The translations under genes were made by a program, and so were the position numbers. This document shows, piece after piece, positions 18,704 through 28,718 of a stretch of DNA of 64,000 nt. Origin of the DNA: a virus; the IMG/VR virus record IMGVR_UViG_3300009177_000030, positions 1 through 64,000 of that record; one strand, 5' to 3'. Under the pieces are notes generated by a model. The model did not search any database. It was not told where the DNA came from and saw nothing but the letters and a program-made list of their open reading frames with translations. Numbering within the stretch: the first letter of the stretch is position 1; each line of letters begins with the position of its first letter.

Positions 18704-18901
18704 TCACCGAACGCGAAGCGGGGTGTTCAACGGCCCAAGCAACCCAATCGCCGAGATCAGGTAAAGCACCAGAACGATCACGACGGCCACGTTCAGCAGA
18801 GTTTTGATCGGCTGAGCCATTGGAATGTAGGTATTTACCAAATACATGATTATCCCGACAACGATGAAAAGAACGATCAGACCTAGGAGTGTCATGCCCA
18901 T
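18704..18901 (-). CDS. Small two-TM membrane protein
   Basis: Two hydrophobic helices joined by YIPM..PIK.LLN. Confidence 0.7.
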   Translation of the reverse strand: MGMTLLGLIVLFIVVGIIMYLVNTYIPMAQPIKTLLNVAVVIVLVLYLISAIGLLGPLNTPLRVR

Positions 18902-18956
18902 GATTCAGCACGCTGAGTACCGTTTGGGGTATAATTCGCTCAGGAGATTCCCCCAT

Positions 18957-19133
18957 ATGGCAAGCGGATCGAACACAGTAGACACCCCAGTAACGAAGCC
19001 TCAGTTCACGCCCGGCGATGCGAATCAGTTGCCAACCAAGACCTACCCGAGCAGCACCGGCATGGCAACCAAAGGCTCATCGAATACGATCGATTCGCCG
19101 GCGCCAGCTGGTCCCTACACCAAAAACAAATAA
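18957..19133 (+). CDS. Small Thr/Ser/Pro-rich protein
   Basis: TATAAT at 18930, AGGAG RBS, ATG 18957; internal SNT(V/I)D(T/S)P repeat. Confidence 0.7.
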   Translation: MASGSNTVDTPVTKPQFTPGDANQLPTKTYPSSTGMATKGSSNTIDSPAPAGPYTKNK

Positions 19134-19177
19134 ACCACACGCAAGTGCGGTAATCTAAAGGGCAGAGCAATCGCGCA

Positions 19178-20500
19178 ATGCCCTACTCGCAATTCACCCT
19201 CGATCAGTTAATTGACCAGATGGGTGAGTTGCTTGACGACACCTCATTCGCGTACTTCACGCGCCCCGAAATAACGTTTGCGCTCTACGAGGGATTGACT
19301 GTCTTCGGCTCACTCTGTTCGTACTGGCGCCAGCGTGGGGTCTTCAACATCGACCCCACCGACCCATCTCCGTTCTACGATCTTAGCCAGCAACTCCCGG
19401 CACTACGCCCGCGAACGACGACTCTGGACACCGTAGTAAAAATTATTCAGTATCGTCTCCTAGAATCTCCTACCGGCATAGCAGGCACAGACGGCTCTGG
19501 ACAGGTCTCGATTCTTTCCATTCTTCAGGCAGTAGCGCGCGCTCGGAACAGATTTTGCCTTGATGTTCACTTCCCAAACAATGTCCACCCCAACTATGCG
19601 CCCGTAGCGCCACCAGACGGGCTCGTGTCGTTTCCTCAGTCCTCTGTTTACGTTCACCGCGCCTCATGGAAAGACTCCGGCGGTCAGTGGGCGAACCTCT
19701 GGCGTCAGGATGACTGGGTGTTTGACCACTCTCCCGGCGACTGGCCCACAAACGTAGGCTTTCCTGAAGCGTATTCCGAAGCCGAACTGGCACCGCTCCA
19801 GTTGCAGATTTACCCGAATCCCGCGAATGCTGGCACGCTTGAGGCTGTGACGGTGGACTCGGTGGATATTGATATCACCGACCTCAATAGTCTGATGCAG
19901 TTGCCCAACGAATGGGTCTACGCCGTCACTTGGGCCGCGATAGAAGACTTGATGACCGGCGGCGGACAGATCATAGACGCACTCCGCGGCGAATATGCCT
20001 CGCAGCGCTACAAGCAAGCTGTGGAGTTTGCGAAAGACGCTAGATCCGTAATCAGGCTCACCCTGAACGGAAATCCGCTGGACATCGACACGCTAGCAGC
20101 AATCGATGCCGGAAATCCGTACTGGCGGAATCAGGTCGGTCGACCTCAGATGGCAGGGATCTTGTACGACATCGTGGCGATAAACCCGGGCATCATGGAT
20201 CAACAGTATGCCATTGGGGCGGATCTTGTGGTGCCAGCGCCGTTGCCAACCGGAGGGGAATTCGTTCAGATCGGCGAAGAGAGCCTGGAAGATATCCTGG
20301 ACTACGCTTCGCACGTCCTGATGTTCAAATGCGGCGGCAAGGAGTTTCAGGATACGTTTGGAATGTACGACAACTTTATGCAGGCGGTATCTCAGCGGAA
20401 GGGTGTGAATGCGGCGAAGATTAAGTATTTCCAGCCGCTATTTGGGGCTTGGCAGCGGGAGCAGGTTCAGAGGCCGGATGCTGTGGCGGTGAAGGGATAG
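19178..20500 (+). CDS. Second adaptor/tail tubular protein A-like
   Basis: L..L......LLDD....FT..EI...L.EG N-terminus, G.P.AY, LQIYP.P; precedes nozzle. Confidence 0.65.
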   Translation: MPYSQFTLDQLIDQMGELLDDTSFAYFTRPEITFALYEGLTVFGSLCSYWRQRGVFNIDPTDPSPFYDLSQQLPALRPRTTTLDTVVKIIQYRLLESPTGIAGTDGSGQVSILSILQAVARARNRFCLDVHFPNNVHPNYAPVAPPDGLVSFPQSSVYVHRASWKDSGGQWANLWRQDDWVFDHSPGDWPTNVGFPEAYSEAELAPLQLQIYPNPANAGTLEAVTVDSVDIDITDLNSLMQLPNEWVYAVTWAAIEDLMTGGGQIIDALRGEYASQRYKQAVEFAKDARSVIRLTLNGNPLDIDTLAAIDAGNPYWRNQVGRPQMAGILYDIVAINPGIMDQQYAIGADLVVPAPLPTGGEFVQIGEESLEDILDYASHVLMFKCGGKEFQDTFGMYDNFMQAVSQRKGVNAAKIKYFQPLFGAWQREQVQRPDAVAVKG

Positions 20501-21142
20501 ATGCCAAGAAAATATCATTTCGCCATCATCGTTGATGGAGGCAAACCTATCGGAATTCACTCCGTAAAGAGCAAGGAATCCTTCATAGCCGAACTCAGAG
20601 TGAAAGGGCACGATGTTCGCGTCGAGCCGTATACGGCACCATCTCACCAGAGAAAGCCGGGATCGACTATAAGGACAAAGCGAAGGTTTAAAAACGACGA
20701 GGATTTGAAGCAGTTCTTGCTGGACAATATGATCCAGCAAGATAACGGATGCCTTGTCTGGACGCGCGGATGCAATCGCACTGGCTATGGGGTCATCGGC
20801 TATAAATACGATGATCATTTGGTTCACAGACTCTTTTGGTCTTTATCTGGTAGAGACTTGCCAGATAATATGGAACTTCTCCATTCCTGCGACAATCCAC
20901 CATGCTGTAATTTAGACCATCTTAAGCTTGGTACCCAACAGGACAACATGTTGGATCGGGATTTAAAAAATCGTGTAGCCCACGGCGAGACACACTGCCG
21001 CGCAAAATTGGCTGACTCGCAAGTTTCAGAAATAAAAGAAATGGCCAGGTCTGGGCAGCCCCTAATTTTAATAGCTAAGACTTTCGGCGTGAATCCATCT
21101 CATATTTCTAGGCTCGTATCTGGCAAAAGGAGATCACGCTAA
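20501..21142 (+). CDS. HNH homing endonuclease with C-terminal HTH
   Basis: C.VW, GYG, HR, LHSCDNPPCCN.DHL..GT..DN, AKL. Confidence 0.9.
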   Translation: MPRKYHFAIIVDGGKPIGIHSVKSKESFIAELRVKGHDVRVEPYTAPSHQRKPGSTIRTKRRFKNDEDLKQFLLDNMIQQDNGCLVWTRGCNRTGYGVIGYKYDDHLVHRLFWSLSGRDLPDNMELLHSCDNPPCCNLDHLKLGTQQDNMLDRDLKNRVAHGETHCRAKLADSQVSEIKEMARSGQPLILIAKTFGVNPSHISRLVSGKRRSR

Positions 21143-24100
21143 TGCCGGAAGTTTTAAGAACCCCAGTCCGCCTGGACCTCTCTGCTGGCCTCAACTTGGT
21201 CGATCCGGTAGACCGTTGCCGTCCGGGCAGCACAATTTTCGCAGTCAATAATCGGGTGATCGAAGAGGGCATCGCCTCCGCACGCCCCGGATACACGAGA
21301 TACGGCACCTCATCCGTAGCCCCGAAACTCTACCACTCCATCCGGCGCCTGAACGATCCCGATGCTTCGCTGGCCCCCACTGGCTACGAATACATCGTCG
21401 GCAATGGCACCACTCTGGATGCAGGCACGGAAAACACGCTGGCACAGATTGATACCGGCTATTCTGGTGATCCACTTTCTCTAATCGCATTCCGACCGGA
21501 GCAGTCCCCAGAAAGTTGGATGTATGTCTATGACCGCCTCAAGCAGTCCAAAGTCCGCGCTGATGGATCAATCCGCGCGATCGGCGTAGTCCCGCCAAAT
21601 ACCGCCCCTACTGCAGACTATGGCGTCCCGGCATGGGTTCAGGTGAACGACGGGCAAGCCATCGCAGGATGGGCAGCAACCGGCATCGACACGGGCCCCA
21701 GTAAACAGGACCGCACCAACGGCGATACCGATACTCTTGCGTTCGTCGTTTACAATTCCGGTACAACCGGCTGGTGCTGCATTCAGCCGAATGTGACGCA
21801 GCCATTCTGGATGGGCGAACGCATGCAGGTCATCCTGAACAGCGGTTCAGGCAACCAGGAAACCGTAGTGGTTCGTGAGATCCACAACGCGATTACAAAT
21901 ACTACGATTTCTGCGATCTCCTACGACTCCGGAACGACTGGCCTGTGCTCTATCGTTTTGGCCGGCAATCCTCCCGGCATCGCGCGAAACTCTCTGATCC
22001 AGATCGTAGGCGGCGGTGGCACGGAAATTGTCCGCGTGCTATCTGTGGTGCTGTCGCCGGATGGTTCAGTTTACTCTTTGCGCGTTTCGACGGCGAATAA
22101 CCACGCAGCGGCAGCCACCGTGAACGGGATTCTGTCCTGGTACGTCTACACCACGGTTAATCATGCGGCGGCAGAAACCATCACCTCCGCGAATCTCCTG
22201 TTCTCGCATTCAGCGGCCGGAACCGGCGGGGGCACACTGGCTACGGCGGTCAACGCTTCGGTGGCAAACACCCGCACGATCGACACAGCAAATGACTACT
22301 TAAAGATCAGCGTATTCCTGCAGAACCCCGCGAACGTAGTCACGCTGAAACTTCTGTTGACGATGGATTCCACGCCGAACTACTCGTTCTCAGAACCCGG
22401 CAACTCGTGGATATTCACGATCACGCAACCGCAGTTGAACAACTCCGGATCGAGCGGCAATGCGTGGGCTGAGGTTATTATCCCGATCTCGCAGGGAGTG
22501 CGTAGCGGGTCCGATCTCACAAGAACGTTGGCGAATATTACCGGTATCGCGCTCGAGATGACCACGACCGGCGCGTGTGCGTGGGGATTCGACTGGTGGT
22601 ATCTGTTCGGCACCTACGGGCCGGTAATTCAACCTAACGCCCCATCTGGTTATTTCTACACCTCTACGCTCAGGGATTCCACGACCGGTGCCGGAAGCGT
22701 TCCGGGTCCGATTACTCGGTATTCCCTGAACCCATTGCGAGAGGCGGTTCTGGTAACACCAGCCACAACTACGGCCGCCGGCGTCGACTATGACGACATC
22801 TACCGTGAAGGTGGTACGCTGACGGATTTCGTTTACATCGGATCAGTCAAAAATAACAACGCCAGCCCGAACACGTTTCTGGATGGACTTTCGGATCTAT
22901 CTATATCTGGAAATCCCGGCGTGGATCTCACGCTCTTGCAGCCTTGGCCTGTACTTGGCCTACCGCTGACTGGGGTTGTGAACGTCGTCGGTACCAGCGT
23001 GAAGTGGGTTAGCGGAAATACGTTCCCCACGGCGTTGCTGGCGAACACGGTAATCCTTCTGAACGGCGTGGCGTTTTTAACCAGAGGCCAGCCGAAGTCG
23101 AGTATATTCCTGGAGCTTCAGGCAGATGCGGGGGTATTGACTAATGCCACGTATTCCATCGCCAGCCCCACGTTGGCAGGTCAGCCTATGCCGCTGGCAT
23201 TCGGGCCGCTGGAAGGACCGTTTGTGCCGGTGGTTTTTGCGCTGGGGGACTCGGTTAACGCTGGCACCCTCTATTATTCAAACCCATCTAATCTGGACGC
23301 GGCATCGGATCAGAACACACTGGAACTATGCGGGCCCACGGAGCCGCTGGAAACCGGCGAGGTCTGGAATGGTCTGGCGTTCGCAGGTTCGCGCGAGAAT
23401 GTCTACGTCGTGCAGTATTCGTACACGGGAACGTATCAGTTCCGGCGCCTACCGTCGCCGTCTGGTTTCTGGAGCCGCTGGGCAATCTGCCGCGGACCGG
23501 ATGGAATCTACGCTCTCGGTCGGGATGGAATTTATCGCTGGACAGATGCCGGCGGTGTGAGCATCACGGATGATCTGCTTTACCCGTTGTTCCCTCATGA
23601 CGGTGAGGTTGCGAAAGCAGTTAACGGCATCAACCCGGTGGACATGAACCTCACGTCGCTGATGCGGTTGTCAGCCACGGACTTCGAGGTTCGATTCACA
23701 TACTACGACACGTCCGCGAACCAAGTCACGCTCTGCTATGAGATCGCGCGCAAGCGGTGGTTCCTGCATTCCTATGGGGATCAGATCTCCATGCAGTATC
23801 TGGATGAAGGGTTGCAGAATTCTCCGAACACGCAACAGATTTTGTTGCTGTCGCGGACGTTGGGGTTCATCTACCGCGTGGGGGGAAATACTGACAACGG
23901 CGTGGATATTCAGACTCAGGTGCAGTTGCCGTATTTGGATAATGGGGATGAGCGTAGCCTCAAACTCCACGTAGATTTAATGGTCGACGCAGATCAGTCA
24001 GGGACATTAGGCGTCACCGCGTTTTACAACAACGGAAATAGCAGCGATGTCCTGACTCCGATCACGTTGACGGGTTCACGAATCCAGACTCCGCTTAATC

Positions 24101-24555
24101 TGTCAGAAGTTCCGAACGGACTCAATCTCTACCGAAACATTTCTCCACGTTTCGTATGGACAGGCGGCCCCGATGGACCTCGCGTATACGCCGCCGAGCC
24201 CAGCCTGTACATGCAACCATACATGTCGGCGCGCGTGGACACCCAATACATAGGACTCTCGTTCCCAGGTTGGAAGCATATGAGAAGAACGTTTCCCGCT
24301 CTCATTTCCACGGCTCCTGTGACGTTTCTAGTGCAGTGCCAAAACGGTCGCTCTTTCACGATCACGATTCCATCAACAGGCGGCAAGCTTCTTGTCCAGC
24401 CCATCATGGGACCGCAGACCGTGAAAGATTTACAGTTCAGCTTCCAGTTGGATGGAGGCGGCACGCAATTCGTTCTATTCCCAGATGAGTTCGTTTGTGA
24501 GTTTAAGGAATGGAACGAATCAAGTTATATCAAGTTGGCGATTTTTCGCTCGTGA
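21142..24555 (+). CDS. Tail nozzle/tubular protein B-like large virion protein
   Basis: 1137 aa beta-rich; GLN, LYYS, GIY.L..DGIY propeller-type motifs; position after adaptor. Confidence 0.7.
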   Translation: MPEVLRTPVRLDLSAGLNLVDPVDRCRPGSTIFAVNNRVIEEGIASARPGYTRYGTSSVAPKLYHSIRRLNDPDASLAPTGYEYIVGNGTTLDAGTENTLAQIDTGYSGDPLSLIAFRPEQSPESWMYVYDRLKQSKVRADGSIRAIGVVPPNTAPTADYGVPAWVQVNDGQAIAGWAATGIDTGPSKQDRTNGDTDTLAFVVYNSGTTGWCCIQPNVTQPFWMGERMQVILNSGSGNQETVVVREIHNAITNTTISAISYDSGTTGLCSIVLAGNPPGIARNSLIQIVGGGGTEIVRVLSVVLSPDGSVYSLRVSTANNHAAAATVNGILSWYVYTTVNHAAAETITSANLLFSHSAAGTGGGTLATAVNASVANTRTIDTANDYLKISVFLQNPANVVTLKLLLTMDSTPNYSFSEPGNSWIFTITQPQLNNSGSSGNAWAEVIIPISQGVRSGSDLTRTLANITGIALEMTTTGACAWGFDWWYLFGTYGPVIQPNAPSGYFYTSTLRDSTTGAGSVPGPITRYSLNPLREAVLVTPATTTAAGVDYDDIYREGGTLTDFVYIGSVKNNNASPNTFLDGLSDLSISGNPGVDLTLLQPWPVLGLPLTGVVNVVGTSVKWVSGNTFPTALLANTVILLNGVAFLTRGQPKSSIFLELQADAGVLTNATYSIASPTLAGQPMPLAFGPLEGPFVPVVFALGDSVNAGTLYYSNPSNLDAASDQNTLELCGPTEPLETGEVWNGLAFAGSRENVYVVQYSYTGTYQFRRLPSPSGFWSRWAICRGPDGIYALGRDGIYRWTDAGGVSITDDLLYPLFPHDGEVAKAVNGINPVDMNLTSLMRLSATDFEVRFTYYDTSANQVTLCYEIARKRWFLHSYGDQISMQYLDEGLQNSPNTQQILLLSRTLGFIYRVGGNTDNGVDIQTQVQLPYLDNGDERSLKLHVDLMVDADQSGTLGVTAFYNNGNSSDVLTPITLTGSRIQTPLNLSEVPNGLNLYRNISPRFVWTGGPDGPRVYAAEPSLYMQPYMSARVDTQYIGLSFPGWKHMRRTFPALISTAPVTFLVQCQNGRSFTITIPSTGGKLLVQPIMGPQTVKDLQFSFQLDGGGTQFVLFPDEFVCEFKEWNESSYIKLAIFRS

Positions 24556-25345
24556 TTTTGGATCGATATCTCTCCGTTGCCAGTTTCCTGCATTCTCGAC
24601 ATACAACTATGCCGTTTTTAGCTATGGATCTATTGCGCCCCGTCAAGTCATGTCCGTTAAAACATACAGTTTTATTATCTCTACGTTCCTGTGTACGGGG
24701 GCCTTTGACGGCCATTATTACCTCCATCGGTGGGAAGTAACGTCGGGATCGACTTGAATTGTGTTTTCTTGTGGTCACGGTTAAATGGTTCGGATTAAGG
24801 CATCTTCGATGAGGACATTGAAGTCCAAGGTGGCATAACGCAGGGTCGTGGCAAGTATGGTCTACGATCATTCCTTTAGGAATTGGACCAATGAACGCTT
24901 TGTAGGAGGCTCGATGAGCCATCTCGTTATAGTGGTTCGTCTCCATCATTCCGTATCCGTGTCCATTGAGGACTCCGTTGAATTGCCAGCATCCGTTGGG
25001 TTCTATGGTTACGAGATCCATGATTCTGTCTCGTATTGTTCTTGGCGGCTCTATGGAAAGATGCCCCGGGTTACAGCAAGAATTATTTCCGCAAGTAAGC
25101 CTGCAACGATTCTCTTTGGGATCTTCGCCTGTCTTAATGAAAGCCAAAATTACATTTGACGATAGGATTTCCGGGGGTATATTGAACTGCCCATATCCGA
25201 CGCCTTGAAGGCTAGCCTTCCACGGCCAACACTCTTCCGGTCCGCGAATATCGACCTTATCCCAAAATCGGTCAATGTATTTTTGCTCTAACGGGGGAAT
25301 TGGTTTAAACTGTCTTCTAGCCATCCGCGATCCTCCTAAGATCAC
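24530..25345 (-). CDS. HNH homing endonuclease (duplicated His-Cys nuclease domains)
   Basis: RFWDKV, CW.W, GYG, CCNP.HL; second CW.F, AHR.SY, DH.C, CLNP.HL; C..GH and CREC. Confidence 0.9.
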   Translation of the reverse strand: MILGGSRMARRQFKPIPPLEQKYIDRFWDKVDIRGPEECWPWKASLQGVGYGQFNIPPEILSSNVILAFIKTGEDPKENRCRLTCGNNSCCNPGHLSIEPPRTIRDRIMDLVTIEPNGCWQFNGVLNGHGYGMMETNHYNEMAHRASYKAFIGPIPKGMIVDHTCHDPALCHLGLQCPHRRCLNPNHLTVTTRKHNSSRSRRYFPPMEVIMAVKGPRTQERRDNKTVCFNGHDLTGRNRSIAKNGIVVCRECRKLATERYRSKITSEKSPT

Positions 25346-25410
25346 TCCTGGTCAGGCTCATCTCAGCGCGGACAACGCTGTGGTGGGCCGTTCTTATATC
25401 ATAATACAGA

Positions 25411-26823
25411 GTGGCCACCCAAAAAAACATCTTCACGCGTGTCCAGTCCCCAGACCCAAAATTCTCAGGCGTCATCAACGACATCTACGACAAGCTGGCC
25501 CAGTTAACGCCAGTAGCGCCGTCACCAACTCCCGTACCACCAACACCCACTCCAGTCGTTCCCGTATTCCCCGGCGGCGGTGGAGGAGGGGGTGGTGGTT
25601 CCTCAACATCTTACGCCTTCACCGACATCCCCGACCTGCCATCGGTCCCCAGCAATAATCCCACGACCGGCGCACCGTATGCGGTCGATGGCGTCGTGGT
25701 CCAGGTCAACAAAGAACTCTGGCGGTACTCAGGTGCTCCGATTTATCAATGGCTGCTGGCTGCCACAGCAACGCAGATTATAACTGACACTCACGCGAAC
25801 AGAGTTCTGAATTTTCCGGCCGCCTCGTACCCAAACGCTTATTTTCTGGAGTCCGACACTCTTATCCTGCTGGAGTCAAACTCTCTGACTTGGCGCACCA
25901 TTGCCGGTGAAGTACAGGACACCCACGCAAACCGCCTCACCACGTGGCCCTCGGTGCAGTATTCGGTCAATACACCGTTCTACGAGACCGATCGCACTGT
26001 CACGTATACGGTCCAGAACGCAACAGGAACGGTCACGGTCGCGGGTGGTGTGAACGTCACGTGGACGGCGGGGAATAAATTCATTAATACCGGTACCGGG
26101 TTCAACGCTGCACAGTGGCCTTCAGGAACGCCTATCGTTATTGCGGGAGTCACGTATGCCGTGTCCGTGGTCAACAGCGCCACGAGTCTTACGCTTGTGT
26201 CTGCGGCCGTGAACGGTGCGGGGCAGGCGTATTCGGTGGCTTCAGGTAGGTGGGTGTATATCACGGGCCGGATGGAAAACCAGTGGTCAACATTACCTGC
26301 AGATCTCGGCGAGAACGATGCCACCACGGTATCCACGGCATTGACGCTGGGATTCCTGTTCTTTGACTCCAAAGATTCCTACCACGAATGGCAGTGGACT
26401 GGGTCTATATGGTCGTGGGGGCCAGACAACGACTGCCAGTCTGGAACGATCATTATGCGCGATACCGCGCCTGATCCACTCACAGGATGGCATGCTGCGG
26501 ATGGAACGACCAACCTGACAAAGTACGCGAAGGACGGCACGCGATCAACAACTTTTACCGTTCCGGATATGCGAGAATTTTACCTGAAGGCGAGTGCGAC
26601 CTATACAGGTTCAGGCGCGGTAGCCGTGGCCCCAACAGCCAGCGGCGGTGCTGTTCAAAACACGGATCTCCACCCAACCACCAGTACATTTACCCCAGTT
26701 GCGCTGGCGACCACGGCGGTTACTGGATTTGATAATCCGCATGGTCATGGGTTTACGCAGCCCACGATATCGGCTACAGGAACCCCGGCTACATTCGCGG
26801 TGCTCCCATATTATCGACTGTAG
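25411..26823 (+). CDS. Tail fibre-like protein with collar-like C-terminal domain
   Basis: GTIIM....P..GW.AADG...TFTVPDMR..YLK collar motif, H.H near the end; two DTHANR repeats. Confidence 0.7.
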   Translation: MATQKNIFTRVQSPDPKFSGVINDIYDKLAQLTPVAPSPTPVPPTPTPVVPVFPGGGGGGGGGSSTSYAFTDIPDLPSVPSNNPTTGAPYAVDGVVVQVNKELWRYSGAPIYQWLLAATATQIITDTHANRVLNFPAASYPNAYFLESDTLILLESNSLTWRTIAGEVQDTHANRLTTWPSVQYSVNTPFYETDRTVTYTVQNATGTVTVAGGVNVTWTAGNKFINTGTGFNAAQWPSGTPIVIAGVTYAVSVVNSATSLTLVSAAVNGAGQAYSVASGRWVYITGRMENQWSTLPADLGENDATTVSTALTLGFLFFDSKDSYHEWQWTGSIWSWGPDNDCQSGTIIMRDTAPDPLTGWHAADGTTNLTKYAKDGTRSTTFTVPDMREFYLKASATYTGSGAVAVAPTASGGAVQNTDLHPTTSTFTPVALATTAVTGFDNPHGHGFTQPTISATGTPATFAVLPYYRL

Positions 26824-27346
26824 GTAAATTGGGATCATACATGAACTCCCCTTGTATTCTCCGGGCGGCTTCAGTATAGGCCAAAGTTGCCTCTTCAAAT
26901 TCGTTGAAATATCCTATATGCGTCCTGATGTTTTTGAACCGTACCCTAACACGCCATTTCCCGTGAGAAGGGACCCAGGTCACGCCTTTACATCCACTGG
27001 TGTTGTTGGCCTGCCGCTTTCTGTTGCAAGCATTTTGTGCCGCCGTGCTAAAACGAAGATTAGTCCTTCGATTGTCCAACGTATCGTGGTTGCGGTGGTC
27101 TATATCAATGTCTCCTTCGGCAGACATTATCACCCTAGTCATTATGACGGTTTTAGATTTCCCGCCAATATGTATGGTTCTCTGTGCGTAATACGATTGT
27201 GTTTTACGTGACCACGCCGCCTGCCACTTCCACTGCATCAACCATTCATAATCAGCAGCATCGACTTTAGCGAACTGCCCCTTAGTAAGCGGAATAAGGC
27301 GGTATGATGGCTCTTGAGGCTGAAGGTCCAGCGCAAACTGGTTCAT
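26789..27346 (-). CDS. HNH-AP2 endonuclease
   Basis: IPLTKG.FA.VD, DHRNHDTLDNRR.NLR, N.SG.KGV, W...I, AP2 tail; GGAGGG RBS before ATG 27346. Confidence 0.9.
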   Translation of the reverse strand: MNQFALDLQPQEPSYRLIPLTKGQFAKVDAADYEWLMQWKWQAAWSRKTQSYYAQRTIHIGGKSKTVIMTRVIMSAEGDIDIDHRNHDTLDNRRTNLRFSTAAQNACNRKRQANNTSGCKGVTWVPSHGKWRVRVRFKNIRTHIGYFNEFEEATLAYTEAARRIQGEFMYDPNLPTVDNMGAPRM

Positions 27347-27417
27347 GGAAACGCCCTCCACGGCGTTAAAGACTTTAGCCTCTATTCTACACCCCAAACC
27401 GTAGTATCCTATAGCCA

Positions 27418-28062
27418 ATGGAACCCCTCTCCATAGGCCCCGAAATCCGCGAACTAACGCTAGACGAGATCCAGACTCTCGCGCCGGACTTTGAGCCGTA
27501 TGGGTTACCTGATCCCCGCACGTCCATGGCGGTCGGAATCGTTCGGGATGGGAGGGTGCTTGGGTATCAATTCACGAAGCTTATGGTCCATGTCCAGCCC
27601 ACAAAACTGGACGATTCCCTCGCTCATCTGTTCTCGGCTTTGTGCCGGAAGACGGAAGAGGTTATTTTACAGAAGAGTGGTCCAACGTGGGTGTATGTAT
27701 TCGCTAAGCCTGGACGCATGGCTGCGCTTTGCGAGTCTCGCGGGATGGAAGTGGAGCCGTGGGTGGTGATGAGTAAGCTCGTGAAACCTGAGTTGCCCAC
27801 GCGTCCCGTCATGGAAATGATACCTATTCCGGCGGCGGCAGATATTCCAGTGGAAATTCCTGAAGAGCAGCTCGAGATTGCAATCGTTCGGGATGATATC
27901 GTTCACCACGGAGAACAGGCACCGGAAGAGTTGCCGGAAATAGTAGCGGGTCCTGCCGTTCGCTCAGATGAAGCGCAAGCCCTAATTGATGATTACAAGG
28001 CCCAGTTCCCAGTCACCGATGAAGAACTAGAGCAATATCCCGGCGTGGAGGATGCAGCATGA
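27418..28062 (+). CDS. GNAT-like protein preceding ejection genes
   Basis: Synteny as in podoviruses; acidic C-terminal tail. Confidence 0.45.
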   Translation: MEPLSIGPEIRELTLDEIQTLAPDFEPYGLPDPRTSMAVGIVRDGRVLGYQFTKLMVHVQPTKLDDSLAHLFSALCRKTEEVILQKSGPTWVYVFAKPGRMAALCESRGMEVEPWVVMSKLVKPELPTRPVMEMIPIPAAADIPVEIPEEQLEIAIVRDDIVHHGEQAPEELPEIVAGPAVRSDEAQALIDDYKAQFPVTDEELEQYPGVEDAA

Positions 28063-28718
28063 GTTTCGGACCATCAGACGCGGAAAAAAACGCCACCAAA
28101 CAACAGCAGGGCGTAACCGATCAAGCCGTTGCTAACTCCACGACAGCCACCAATGCCGGAACGGGTCTGCTGGGAACGGGCGCTGGTACGACTGCCAGCG
28201 GAGTTAATTGGTTCGACACGCTACTGAACGGCAACACGGCCAACACGGCTTCGTTGCTGGCGCCGTCGATTCAGCAGTCGCGGGACCAGAATCAACAGCA
28301 GATCCAGGCACTATCGACCTTGCAGCCACGTGGCGGCGGAAGATCGGGAACGCTATTCAGTGCCGGATACGCGCCGGTCGCATCCACTCAGAACCTGTTT
28401 AACTCAGCGCGGTCTTCCGCAGCACAGCCTTTAATTTCTACCGGACTCTCGGAATCCGGACTGGGATCGAACCTTTACGGGATTGGGAATTCGGCTCTGA
28501 ATACCGGACTTCAGGGGACGCAGAATTTGTTCTCGAATGCCATGAATCAGCGGCAACTCAGCAATTCGCTATGGAGTGGGCTGGGGTCCGGTCTATTCGG
28601 CTTGGCTACTATGCCATTGGGAGGAAATACTTTGTTGGGGAAACTAGGCGGTCTATTTAAGCCAGGTGCCGCAGCAGGAGTCCCAGCCACAATACCTGGC
28701 GTCTGGAATGAATCATAA
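28059..28718 (+). CDS. Internal virion/DNA ejection protein (small)
   Basis: Gly/Gln/Ser-rich, RGG.RSG motif, hydrophobic Gly-rich C-terminus. Confidence 0.65.
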   Translation: MSFGPSDAEKNATKQQQGVTDQAVANSTTATNAGTGLLGTGAGTTASGVNWFDTLLNGNTANTASLLAPSIQQSRDQNQQQIQALSTLQPRGGGRSGTLFSAGYAPVASTQNLFNSARSSAAQPLISTGLSESGLGSNLYGIGNSALNTGLQGTQNLFSNAMNQRQLSNSLWSGLGSGLFGLATMPLGGNTLLGKLGGLFKPGAAAGVPATIPGVWNES

